Made by a program: the position numbers and the translations under genes. From a virus, in IMG/VR virus record IMGVR_UViG_3300028584_001238: a DNA stretch of 64,000 nucleotides, one strand, 5' to 3'. Position 1 is the stretch's first letter, and each line of letters opens with the position of its first letter. Shown here in pieces: positions 1 through 8,980 of the stretch. The notes under the pieces were generated by a model, which ran no database searches, had not been told where the DNA came from, and was given only the letters and a program-made list of their open reading frames with translations.

Positions 1-361
1 CCTGTGAAGTAGCGGGCTGGCAATAACGCAAATAAGACATGATTGGGCACATCTTACTCATAAACCCACGATCTTTATCAGAAACACAGACTGTTTGCCA
101 TGCAAGGGCTGTCTGTGATTGTTCACGATTACAAATAGTCAACATATAGCTACCGGCTGGTTCTACATTGTATGACTTTTCTTTTGCTTCAATCTTTACG
201 GATACAACAGGTTCCGCTACGTTTTCAGTCTCAGGATCATCAATAATGCTTGATGCGGCAACTGTATTAATAATAGCCGTGCTAACCCCAGTATTAGCAT
301 AAGCACCAAAGCTCATTAAACACAACGACATCAGCATTAGACCAACAATTTTTTTCATCAT
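1..361 (-). CDS. secreted hypothetical protein (runs off the window edge)
   Basis: Manual translation MMKKIVGLMLMSLCLMSFGAYA (signal peptide with AYA site); AGGAG RBS; not in ORF track. Confidence 0.7.
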   Translation of the reverse strand, partial: MMKKIVGLMLMSLCLMSFGAYANTGVSTAIINTVAASSIIDDPETENVAEPVVSVKIEAKEKSYNVEPAGSYMLTICNREQSQTALAWQTVCVSDKDRGFMSKMCPIMSYLRYCQPATSQ

Positions 362-375
362 TTTAAAGCTCCTAG

Positions 376-900
376 TTAAATGGTTTTTGTATACAACATT
401 CCACGAGATTTTTCTACTTTTACAGATTTGTTTAACACCCAAGAAAAATGCTCTACAGCATGGTTATTAGGGCGAATAACAATCAAATTATCCGCTACCG
501 TTGAAAGCCCATAAAGCATAGTATTCAAGTAAGACGATTCAACAAGGTCAATGGCATAGCTAAAAACAATCACATCAACCTTGGGCATTTCAAAGTTGCC
601 ATTAGCAATATCTTCGAAAGAATATTGGAAACACTCATTATGGGTTTCTTTTATATAACGGGAAAACATGAATTTGTCACACCCAACAATGCTATCTACG
701 GATTGAGTTTTAGCAAGGTGCTTAGAGACAAGGCCATCACCACAAGCAAAATCAAGCACGCTTTTAAAGTCTTTTTTCCAAAGTTGGTCAAGACAGTTCA
801 ACGCGAAGGCAGCATGAGGGTTATGATACGTTTCAGCATGATCGCTGTAATAGGTATCAACCCCCAAGGTTTCGTATTCTTTGCGTATGGATAAAGTCAT
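376..900 (-). CDS. class I SAM-dependent methyltransferase
   Basis: Motif I VLDFACGDG, acidic residue after the next strand (GCD), DVIVFSYAI. Confidence 0.8.
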   Translation of the reverse strand: MTLSIRKEYETLGVDTYYSDHAETYHNPHAAFALNCLDQLWKKDFKSVLDFACGDGLVSKHLAKTQSVDSIVGCDKFMFSRYIKETHNECFQYSFEDIANGNFEMPKVDVIVFSYAIDLVESSYLNTMLYGLSTVADNLIVIRPNNHAVEHFSWVLNKSVKVEKSRGMLYTKTI

Positions 901-944
901 GATTAGCCTCTACTCTCATGTGTGGCCTGTATTATATCACAAGG

Positions 945-1436
945 CTACCAATTACTAAAGACATCATTGAATTTATTGCTATAAAAATTGATAAAATCAT
1001 TCGCACTGTCATCAAATTCAGTCGGTCTATCAATGGCGGCAATCTTTTTTCTAATTTTATTCAATTCATCATGTTTTAACTTTTCAACTCCATAAAAATC
1101 ACGTTGTTCGGCAATAAACATAACCATATCAGACAAAGCTTTTAAATCAAAAACTCTGGATGCATAGCTATCTTGACCTTCTCGCCCAGCCGCATAACAA
1201 GCCATAACAATTTTATCTTTAAATGTAACATAAAAAAGTTGCCATACTCGACGGCCATCATAACAAAAGTCTTCAAAAATATGAATTTTGATGTTTTCAT
1301 TATTTTTAAAATCCATTGGGAAATCAACCAGCTCACCGATTTGAATAGACAAATAGTCTTCAACTTCATAATCGCCTGAAACGATAGATTGAATGGGGTG
1401 TTCTAGAAGTTCTTTGTATGAAATGTAACTATGCAT
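945..1436 (-). CDS. hypothetical protein
   Basis: 163 aa ORF starting immediately after the upstream stop. Confidence 0.7.
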   Translation of the reverse strand: MHSYISYKELLEHPIQSIVSGDYEVEDYLSIQIGELVDFPMDFKNNENIKIHIFEDFCYDGRRVWQLFYVTFKDKIVMACYAAGREGQDSYASRVFDLKALSDMVMFIAEQRDFYGVEKLKHDELNKIRKKIAAIDRPTEFDDSANDFINFYSNKFNDVFSNW

Positions 1437-1586
1437 TTAGATCTCACATTTTTTCAATTGTGGTGCAGGCTTGAGAACAGGAGTACAGACAGTTAATGGA
1501 ATAAAAATATCCAAAACGATACGTTCAGAAGCCTGCACTTGGGTCATACCAAACATAAGGCAAAGAGCCAACATTGATTTTTTCAT
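1437..1586 (-). CDS. small secreted hypothetical protein (49 aa)
   Basis: Manual translation MKKSMLALCLMFGMTQVQASERIVLD...; GGAG RBS. Confidence 0.55.
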   Translation of the reverse strand: MKKSMLALCLMFGMTQVQASERIVLDIFIPLTVCTPVLKPAPQLKKCEI

Positions 1587-1639
1587 GATAGATCTCCAAT
1601 AAGGTGCCTGAGTATAACAGAAACATGTAAATGAAGCAA

Positions 1640-2317
1640 TTAAATATTTAACATGTCCGTTAATAAACCTAATTTTTTATAATCATCATGTGTTGCCGAT
1701 TCATTAATTTTCCATATCTCAAAGATCTTTTCCCGGTAGGAATAAAAATCACTACTTAAAAAATCACCTTGACCATTATAATTAAAAACCAATTGAATAA
1801 AATGAAATTGATCAAGGCTAGTCTCCTTTGTAATCAACTGAGCCATTGGATTAGTGTCACCATTATCCTTAAAAGATGGTATTCTAAGTTCAATAGAAAT
1901 TAAAAACTTATCTTCTTTCGTTAAATGAGTAAATGATATAACTGCATATATTCGACTTAGTAAAGTGGAAAGCACATATTTACCATCAATAAGCGACCTA
2001 AAACGACAAGCATTAAAAATAGATAATAGATTATTAATATTTTTCATAACTTTACAAATTATAGGATCTTTAAATTTTGAGCATAATGTATTGTTTTCAA
2101 CATAAAGCATGTCATAGAATGTTGTAACAACGCCATAATCCATACCATATACATCTTGCATATGAACACTTGGATTAAATGGGCCTTTTACATTACATTT
2201 ATGTTTAGATTCATATTTAGGATTTTTTAGTTCTATACCAAAATTATCTAAAAAAGATTTATTAGATAAAATTATTTCTTTTTCATATAGAATTTCTTTT
2301 GAACGTGTTCTTTTCAT
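1640..2317 (-). CDS. hypothetical, paralog family A, MxxI-tagged
   Basis: Ends DYKKLGLLTDMLNI; similar to the next two ORFs. Confidence 0.8.
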   Translation of the reverse strand: MKRTRSKEILYEKEIILSNKSFLDNFGIELKNPKYESKHKCNVKGPFNPSVHMQDVYGMDYGVVTTFYDMLYVENNTLCSKFKDPIICKVMKNINNLLSIFNACRFRSLIDGKYVLSTLLSRIYAVISFTHLTKEDKFLISIELRIPSFKDNGDTNPMAQLITKETSLDQFHFIQLVFNYNGQGDFLSSDFYSYREKIFEIWKINESATHDDYKKLGLLTDMLNI

Positions 2318-2331
2318 GTTTATACCTTTGT

Positions 2332-3054
2332 TTAAATGGAAATCATATCCGACAGTAAACCAAGTCTTTTATAGTCAATCTCTTGGCAGTCTTCGGTAAT
2401 TTCCCATACATTTATCATGCGTTTCTTATATCGTTGAATATCATTGATAATACTGTCACCTGTGATTGAGTAAATACAATTAAAACCCGATGGGTCATAA
2501 AAATGTTGAATGGCTGTCTGTTTAGTCGTTAAATAATAAGCATCACCTGTTGTTCTAAGAGAAATTTTAAAACTAACCTGAATAGTAATGCTATCAGTTT
2601 CTTTAATGTATTTGAACACAAGCCAAGGTTTAACATTGGGTAAAACTGGCAAATATTCAATGTAATCGTTAGTCAGACGAAAACTTTCAGTAATGCCTAG
2701 ATATTGATTAACATCGTTTAACATAGTCTGAATGATAGGCGATTTTAAGGCGGATGAAACGATTCCATTATCAAGCGTAATGATGTTTTCAAATGAAAAA
2801 CAAACATCACCAAACCCAGATAAATAGATATTAACATCATGCCCATCATCTGATTTTGCGGTGTATTCGCCAAATAAAGATGGCTCCATATCATGAATAG
2901 AGATATTCAGATGCTCAAAAATCAATTGTTTAACATCAATAATCTTTTCAAGTGTTGATTTCTGAGGTGCAATAGGATAAACCATTTGTCTTAACGCTCG
3001 GCCATATGACGATTCTTCTGTTTCTTCGTTAGAGTTAATATCATCATTCATCAT
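2332..3054 (-). CDS. hypothetical, paralog family A, MxxI-tagged
   Basis: Ends DYKRLGLLSDMISI; IQHFYDPSGF aligns with IQHGYEPSGF of 3062..3709. Confidence 0.8.
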   Translation of the reverse strand: MMNDDINSNEETEESSYGRALRQMVYPIAPQKSTLEKIIDVKQLIFEHLNISIHDMEPSLFGEYTAKSDDGHDVNIYLSGFGDVCFSFENIITLDNGIVSSALKSPIIQTMLNDVNQYLGITESFRLTNDYIEYLPVLPNVKPWLVFKYIKETDSITIQVSFKISLRTTGDAYYLTTKQTAIQHFYDPSGFNCIYSITGDSIINDIQRYKKRMINVWEITEDCQEIDYKRLGLLSDMISI

Positions 3055-3061
3055 TAACTCC

Positions 3062-3709
3062 TTAAATATTAATCATGTCAGTTAAATCACCAAGACGTTT
3101 GTAGTCAATATCACTACTATTTTCATCAATATTCCAAACCTTTAAAAGTCTGGTCTTATAAGTTAACAAATCACTAAAATAGTTTGAACCATTTGCATGA
3201 TAGACGGCTTTAAATCCAGACGGTTCATAACCATGTTGAATAATGACATCTTTTGTTGTGATGTAAATAGACTCTTCTGATTCAATAGTGGGATTTAAGT
3301 CAAGATGAATCATCATATTATCACACTCAACATTATATTTGAAAATAATAGAAGGTTTGATATTGTCTAAAATAGGATAGAATACGTCTAGATCCCATGT
3401 TGTAAAACGTAAGGCGTCGAAAATATAAAAGAAAGAATTCATCTCTTTTACAAACTCATTAATCATCGGATCATTGAGTTTGGAAACTAAAAGACCATTT
3501 TCAAGATGCAATAAATTTTTAATACCAATGTAGAGATCGGTTTGGTTTAAAGCATAAATATCGACTGGATAATCCCCAGAAGCCACATAGTCTCCGTGGC
3601 TTTCACGAGTGACATTAGTAAAGTCAATACCAAATTTAGCGACCATAATTTTCCGTGCAGACTCAATACTGGTAAGATGGATGGGATCAGATTCGTGATA
3701 GCTTCTCAT
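3062..3709 (-). CDS. hypothetical, paralog family A, MxxI-tagged
   Basis: Ends DYKRLGDLTDMINI. Confidence 0.8.
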   Translation of the reverse strand: MRSYHESDPIHLTSIESARKIMVAKFGIDFTNVTRESHGDYVASGDYPVDIYALNQTDLYIGIKNLLHLENGLLVSKLNDPMINEFVKEMNSFFYIFDALRFTTWDLDVFYPILDNIKPSIIFKYNVECDNMMIHLDLNPTIESEESIYITTKDVIIQHGYEPSGFKAVYHANGSNYFSDLLTYKTRLLKVWNIDENSSDIDYKRLGDLTDMINI

Positions 3710-4332
3710 ATCATCACCATATCATTAAGTGCAGTTAATCTGACAACATCGTCCATTGTCATCTTTTTAGATTTACAGTAATCATGCACAAAATGGAACG
3801 CTTTATCAATTCCATATATTGATTGAAAAGCATCACCAATATAGGAGATTTGGAATTCCTTTTGACACCCCGGCAAATCAATCTCATCCAGAAACACAAA
3901 CTTTGCATAATGGGGGTAAGGAATAGCCTTAAAAATAATTTGTGGGTTCTTGATTGTATAGGTGACAACAAATTTAAGTGTGAACTTAGTATCTTCGAAG
4001 AAATGGATATGTTTACCACCCATTGTCTTCAATTTAACCACATTAAGCACCATAGCTCGCTCATTTATGTCATCAACAATGGGCTGAAGGTTAGAGCCAG
4101 CTTTCTTTAAAGTGAGATTTTGACCATCAAAGCCTATGCTTGATGTGAAAGTGATATTGGCACACTTATTAAAGATATAGATGCGAGCTGGGCCAAGCGA
4201 TGTCTTGGCTGTATAAATAGTATGTTGATTTTTAACCAAACACATACTGGTAATATCAATGTCATAGACAGATTTCATACGGTCCACAACTGTCTTCAAT
4301 TGTTCTTCATGTGCCATGCAATAACACTCCAA
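3706..4332 (-). CDS. hypothetical, divergent family A member, MxxI-tagged
   Basis: Ends RLTALNDMVMI; ATGA overlap with the next gene; true start may be MAHEEQ. Confidence 0.75.
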   Translation of the reverse strand: MECYCMAHEEQLKTVVDRMKSVYDIDITSMCLVKNQHTIYTAKTSLGPARIYIFNKCANITFTSSIGFDGQNLTLKKAGSNLQPIVDDINERAMVLNVVKLKTMGGKHIHFFEDTKFTLKFVVTYTIKNPQIIFKAIPYPHYAKFVFLDEIDLPGCQKEFQISYIGDAFQSIYGIDKAFHFVHDYCKSKKMTMDDVVRLTALNDMVMI

Positions 4333-4374
4333 AAAGTTTAGTTGATTATAGCATAAAACTAAATTAAAGACAAT

Positions 4375-4415
4375 AAAAATGCCAACGTCACATCACTATG
4401 AGTTGGCATTTATTT
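4375..4415 (-). terminator. intrinsic terminator of the ncRNA transcript
   Basis: AATGCCAAC...GTTGGCATT inverted repeat followed by a T-run on the minus strand, just after the CCA. Confidence 0.7.
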
Positions 4416-4421
4416 AAAAGT

Positions 4422-4487
4422 TGGCCCACCACAACGGAGTCGAACCGTTCCCTTTAGCTTTTAGAGGGCCAAGGTCAGCCTTAGTGG
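4422..4487 (-). tRNA. D-armless tRNA-like element, anticodon CUA, encoded CCA
   Basis: CCACUA/UGGUGG acceptor, UUGGC-c-CUCUAAA-a-GCUAA anticodon arm, AACGG-UUCGACU-CCGUU T-arm, G discriminator plus CCA; only ~8 nt where the D-arm should be. Confidence 0.6.
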
Positions 4488-4850
4488 CAGATTTTGTTGC
4501 GAAAACAATCATAATCATGGTGTGCTATTACGCCAAAAGAGAATTCAGCCTTACCATTTCTGGGGTGCCTCCTTACTTGACCAAGACCACAACCACGGCA
4601 AATTCTTACATTATTGCAAGAACTGGGCGTTTTTGGCTGAGACGTTTTGATCTGCAAAATCTACTTTAATGTGGATTCGATTTCGACAAACCGTGGCTCA
4701 CTTGTCACCGATACCTTTAAATGACCGCTAAATCATTTAAACCCGATGCTTACCATCACTGTATCCCAAACACCTGTGGCAACCGCTCTACTCATTAAAA
4801 GATGGCTGCTTTTAAGCCCACTTTCCAAGATTACATCATTGCTTTACAAC
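4422..4850 (-). ncRNA. structured ncRNA: split 23S rRNA H42-H44 (L11-binding) mimic, ornate insert and tRNA-like 3' end
   Basis: Minus strand GGAAAGUGGGCUUAAAAGCAGCCAUCUUUUAAUGAGU (within 4832-4790) and GCGUAAUAGCACACCA (within 4533-4513) match 23S nt ~1051-1108 with compensatory changes; nested helices with G-U pairs on this strand; promoter and terminator flank it. Confidence 0.8.
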
Positions 4851-4856
4851 GAGGCC

Positions 4857-4885
4857 ATTATACGACAATTCATGGCCTTTGGCAA
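4857..4885 (-). promoter_or_regulatory. sigma70 promoter of stable-RNA type
   Basis: TTGCCA-17bp-TATAAT, then GC-rich discriminator GGCCTC; A-tract upstream. Confidence 0.8.
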
Positions 4886-4904
4886 CACCTTTTTCATCAA
4901 AAAA

Positions 4905-5462
4905 TCATTTATTTTCGTAGGAATCGACAACATCTTTATGATTTTTAGCAATCGTATCAAAATTGAATGTCTTTTCGTCTTCGACATACTTTCTGATGGC
5001 ATTAATGAATTCTACCGGAATCATCTGACCATTAATAAAGTTTTCTGTTGGCATGTTTTCATAAAAACCACCCAAATAAAATTCAATCCCTTCTGTTTGA
5101 ATTTCAAGTAAACGAGCCAAGGGCTGACCTAATTGACCTGAGAACTTGTAAGTGTAGAATGCGTCAGGTTCTGGAATAATTTCACTCAGGAAAAGCGATT
5201 CTTTCTCTGGATGATTGAATATGTAATAGATGAAAGAAAACACGAGAGAAGGATACTGCCGACGAAATTCTTGGTCATCATTCTCATAAGCTTTAATCTC
5301 TTTCAGTACAAGTTGTTTGATGTCACCATTACGAACAAATACAGAAGCCTTACGCAATGCTTTACGAGCATCACGGTAATTTAGATAAAATGTTTCTGCT
5401 TTATCAACATATTCATTGATCACTTTAATGGATTCAATAACTGACATGTCTTTTGTAATCAT
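4905..5462 (-). CDS. hypothetical protein
   Basis: 185 aa ORF, GAGGA RBS. Confidence 0.75.
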   Translation of the reverse strand: MITKDMSVIESIKVINEYVDKAETFYLNYRDARKALRKASVFVRNGDIKQLVLKEIKAYENDDQEFRRQYPSLVFSFIYYIFNHPEKESLFLSEIIPEPDAFYTYKFSGQLGQPLARLLEIQTEGIEFYLGGFYENMPTENFINGQMIPVEFINAIRKYVEDEKTFNFDTIAKNHKDVVDSYENK

Positions 5463-5524
5463 TAATAAGTCCTCTTTTAATATGCAGAGTGTATCACAAG
5501 TGGACCGTTTTTGTCATCAAATGG

Positions 5525-6490
5525 TTAACACTTTGCCATTTCAATGACAGGTTTAATATTGGCTTTAAAATATTCATAATATTCTTTTGTTAACGCCACC
5601 GGAACATTATCAATAATTTCATAATTTGATTTAAAGTCTTCAATAAATGGTAGTAAATATGAGACAATCGTTTTTTTAACATCATTATTAAAACGAGAAT
5701 ATTCATTAAAAATAATAACGTCATTGTGAATTAATCTAGTATTTAAAACAAAACCACAATAAAATTGAATATTCTCACTAATAATTTGTTCTTCATCATT
5801 TGAATTAATTAAACTCTCTGCAACATTGATTTCATGAACTTTATATTGTTCTGATGTAAGTAGTCTAACTTGTAATTCAAGCTTTTTACTTTGATTTTGT
5901 TCAAATTGTTTAGAGTGAATGGTAGCCGTTGCCTTGTCAAATGACAGCAAAAAAGAAACAAAAGGAAAAATGCCCTTCATGCTTGAACTTTCATAACCAA
6001 TTGATTTAATAATACTGTTCACATCATAATTAGACTCATTGATAAGAAGATAACTAGGAAGATGATTTAACATATTTTTGTTGTGAGACAAATCAAGGGT
6101 AGTTTTGGATGAATCGATCAGCAACATATCAGCATGTTCTTTAAAAAATAACATAGATGTTTCGGTTAATGACGAATAAATATGTTCAAAAACAATCATA
6201 GAAATTGGAAGAATATTATGAAGGTCATCATAATACTGATTTACATCTTTAATAAGTTCTTTTATTGTATCTTTTCCAATTATTCCACGACTTTTTCTTA
6301 AATGAACATTAATGCTCGAAATTATAATATCTTTATACTCATCAACATTACTATGTGTTAAATGATAGATTTGAGCATTATCAAAACCTAATCGTTGGTT
6401 TGTTTCATCAATAAAAGACAAAAGGTTAGCAGACAAGGTTCTTTTAGACGCCTTCTTGAGAAATTGTTTGTTATGTTGAATGATTTGCAT
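5525..6490 (-). CDS. hypothetical, tag variant (EMAKC)
   Basis: 321 aa ORF, GAGGT RBS, ends KPVIEMAKC. Confidence 0.75.
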   Translation of the reverse strand: MQIIQHNKQFLKKASKRTLSANLLSFIDETNQRLGFDNAQIYHLTHSNVDEYKDIIISSINVHLRKSRGIIGKDTIKELIKDVNQYYDDLHNILPISMIVFEHIYSSLTETSMLFFKEHADMLLIDSSKTTLDLSHNKNMLNHLPSYLLINESNYDVNSIIKSIGYESSSMKGIFPFVSFLLSFDKATATIHSKQFEQNQSKKLELQVRLLTSEQYKVHEINVAESLINSNDEEQIISENIQFYCGFVLNTRLIHNDVIIFNEYSRFNNDVKKTIVSYLLPFIEDFKSNYEIIDNVPVALTKEYYEYFKANIKPVIEMAKC

Positions 6491-6612
6491 TAATGTGACC
6501 TCTTAGAACATTCGATAAATATTTTGAAAGAATACCATATTTATAACAAAAAATAAACTAAAATTTTAATATTTTCATAATTGTTGACATTTAATAGGAT
6601 AGTGGTCTAATT

Positions 6613-7671
6613 ATGCAAAGGGGAAAAATAATGCAAGAAGAAAAAATAGAAAAAAAACTATTATTTGGCTGTTTTATAGGAATATTTTTATACACTTGTT
6701 TAATGAGTTTAGGCATGGGTTTAACAAATGGGATCATGGAAATAATCACCTTGTTTTATAATTCTGAGAGTTACACCAAATATTTAAGATTAACGACTGG
6801 TTCTGGAATGGATCTGTTTAGAAGTCAACTTAATTTGGTTTATGCAACTGTGTTTATATTTTTAATTGCATTCAAATATTATGCTTTAGGCAGACATTAT
6901 AAAACGGCATACTTACAATTAACATCTAAATCAATATTGTTATGTCTTATAACATATTCAGTAGGCAAAATAGTAACAGATGTGAATCCAGAAAAAACAG
7001 AAACAATACTCACAGCAACCTACATAATATATGCCTTAATTATTCTTTTGACATTGTTTTGTGCCAAAAAGTTTTTTCATGATGAAATGAGTGTTAACAA
7101 AGGCTTCTTGAAACTAGCTGTCTCATTTTTTGTTATTGTGGCACTCATTGTTGCAACAGAACAACAAATTGAAAATGACAAAATAAACAAAAGACATGAA
7201 CTTTCTGCAAGCTTATGTGGTGCTCCAAGTTATAATAAGATATCAGGTGTTCTGGGTATTGAAGTGACTGAAGTGGTTGTTAATGATTACATTGAAAAAT
7301 TAGACAGTTTAGGAGAAATTATCTATTTTAAAACCAATTATGAAAAATTTACTAACGAAGAATTGATTGGTTTGAAAAAAGAATTTTTAAATTACTACAC
7401 CACCAATAAATCAGACTATATGAAAACAAAATATCCAGAAGAGTTTAAGAAATCCATACTGGAAATTAGAAGAGAGATAACTGATAGTCAACTTAGCCGA
7501 GATATGGCAACTATCAATGCTTTTGATAAAGGTGGTATCAATGCGGTTGCTGAACTGATTAATAATCAGACAGAAGGATTAACTAACTTACAACAAATAT
7601 TAATATTGAAAAATAAAGACAGTGTTAAATTCAATAAAGATCATGGTTTATTGATCACAACCTGCAATTAA
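6613..7671 (+). CDS. multi-pass membrane protein
   Basis: About 5 hydrophobic segments in the N-terminal half, soluble C-terminal domain. Confidence 0.75.
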   Translation: MQRGKIMQEEKIEKKLLFGCFIGIFLYTCLMSLGMGLTNGIMEIITLFYNSESYTKYLRLTTGSGMDLFRSQLNLVYATVFIFLIAFKYYALGRHYKTAYLQLTSKSILLCLITYSVGKIVTDVNPEKTETILTATYIIYALIILLTLFCAKKFFHDEMSVNKGFLKLAVSFFVIVALIVATEQQIENDKINKRHELSASLCGAPSYNKISGVLGIEVTEVVVNDYIEKLDSLGEIIYFKTNYEKFTNEELIGLKKEFLNYYTTNKSDYMKTKYPEEFKKSILEIRREITDSQLSRDMATINAFDKGGINAVAELINNQTEGLTNLQQILILKNKDSVKFNKDHGLLITTCN

Positions 7672-7680
7672 CAAGATTTA

Positions 7681-7705
7681 AAAGCCATCAGAAGATGGCT
7701 TTTTT
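7681..7705. terminator. bidirectional intrinsic terminator
   Basis: AAAGCCATC-AGAA-GATGGCTTTTTT between convergent genes. Confidence 0.8.
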
Positions 7706-7716
7706 GTTAACACAAT

Positions 7717-8139
7717 TTAAACTTTGTAACAAGTGACAGTAACTTTTGAATCTTCATAAAACATATCATCAATCGCTGCATCTAACAGAGACTGTGCTTC
7801 ATCTGATAAACTACCATCAGGAAGAACACCAAGTCGATCTTTAACTTTTTCAGAGAACTCTTCCAACATCTGCTCTTTACCAGCTTCAGTCGGTTTATAG
7901 GTGCGAATAGTATCCGTCACACCTTGCCACATATAAACCAAGACATAGCTGGGTTGATAGTTGTTATCCAAAGCGGCTTCCAGAGCATGAATATCATCAT
8001 GACCTAGCAATTTAGCCACTGTATTACGGTAAGATTCCAAACTTGGTTTCTCATTAGCAGTAGCTACCATAGACGCATGTGATTCTTCTGTTTTCTTGAT
8101 GAAGTCTTGAAATGATTGATACATAGTGTATGTCTCCAA
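7717..8139 (-). CDS. hypothetical protein (likely start MYQSF)
   Basis: GGAG RBS before the internal ATG; VAKLLGH segment resembles the N-terminus of 59487..61160. Confidence 0.7.
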   Translation of the reverse strand: METYTMYQSFQDFIKKTEESHASMVATANEKPSLESYRNTVAKLLGHDDIHALEAALDNNYQPSYVLVYMWQGVTDTIRTYKPTEAGKEQMLEEFSEKVKDRLGVLPDGSLSDEAQSLLDAAIDDMFYEDSKVTVTCYKV

Positions 8140-8386
8140 ATAAGTTAAGTTTATATTTTAAAGTTGTCAAGATCAGCTTTAATTTTAGAAATAAGCCTGT
8201 TTTTTTACATCAATAACCTCACGCTCAATTCTGTTTGAATTATAGTTGAAATGCAGTGAAATAGCAAGGTTTAAGATCACTCCAACGGTCGGATATTCAG
8301 GAAAAATAAGACTGACCACAGTATAGCTCAAAGATTGCCATACAATAGATTTATTTTAAATATAGGCTTGATTTAATAAGGTTAAC

Positions 8387-8857
8387 ATGCTAGAATGGCG
8401 ACATTCAATAGTAATGAATGACTCTTATGAACTGGTAAGGATTTTACCAATAGGAGAATTACTAATGAATATGCAAAACGAAGTAAATGCAACATTGAAC
8501 AGAATGGTGGGTGAAACTATCGAGTCTGTGAGTGGTAACCGTAACGATTCTGAGTTTGTAGTACGTACAACAAGTGGTTTAGTGTTTACGTTCTTACATC
8601 ATCAAGATTGCTGTGAAGACGTGTATTTGGAAGAGATCATTGGCGACATTGATGACTTAATCGGACACACTGTTGTTATGGCTGAGGAAACTTCTAACAG
8701 CGATTTGATTGTGGGATCGCCATGTTATCAAGGAGAATCATTTACTTGGACTTATTATCGAATGGCGACTGAAAGAGGATTGGTGGTATTACGATTCTTC
8801 GGGTCTTCAAATGGTTATTACGCCGAGTCAGTGTCTGTATCAGTAACACAACAATAG
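8387..8857 (+). CDS. conserved phage-type hypothetical protein (likely start MNMQNE)
   Basis: HHQDCCEDV, SFTWTYY and GSSNGYY motifs resemble a widespread small phage family; AGGAG RBS before the internal ATG. Confidence 0.7.
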   Translation: MLEWRHSIVMNDSYELVRILPIGELLMNMQNEVNATLNRMVGETIESVSGNRNDSEFVVRTTSGLVFTFLHHQDCCEDVYLEEIIGDIDDLIGHTVVMAEETSNSDLIVGSPCYQGESFTWTYYRMATERGLVVLRFFGSSNGYYAESVSVSVTQQ

Positions 8858-8980
8858 GAACTTGAAAGAGTTCCTTTTTTTTCGCCTAAATAAATTAAAA
8901 TCAATTTTTTTTGATGGTTGTTAATCAAAAATAAGACAATAAAAAACCATCCTAGGATGGTTTTCTTACACTTAAATTAA

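Noticed and set aside
4534-4789. Canonical group I intron
   Set aside because: The U|...G junction fits, but I found no convincing P1 guide or P7 consensus; retained only as an untested option
4422-4850. Genuine rRNA gene fragment, tmRNA or tRNA-Pyl
   Set aside because: Similarity to 23S is limited to one 58-nt domain with compensatory changes. There is no tmRNA GGGGC 5' end, G3-U70 pair or tag ORF. No D-arm and no pyl genes are present for tRNA-Pyl.
4421-5111. Plus-strand ORFs 4421..4669 and 4746..5111
   Set aside because: They are antisense to the structured RNA and to the 4905..5462 gene, with no RBS; promoter, terminator and G-U pairs all point to the minus strand
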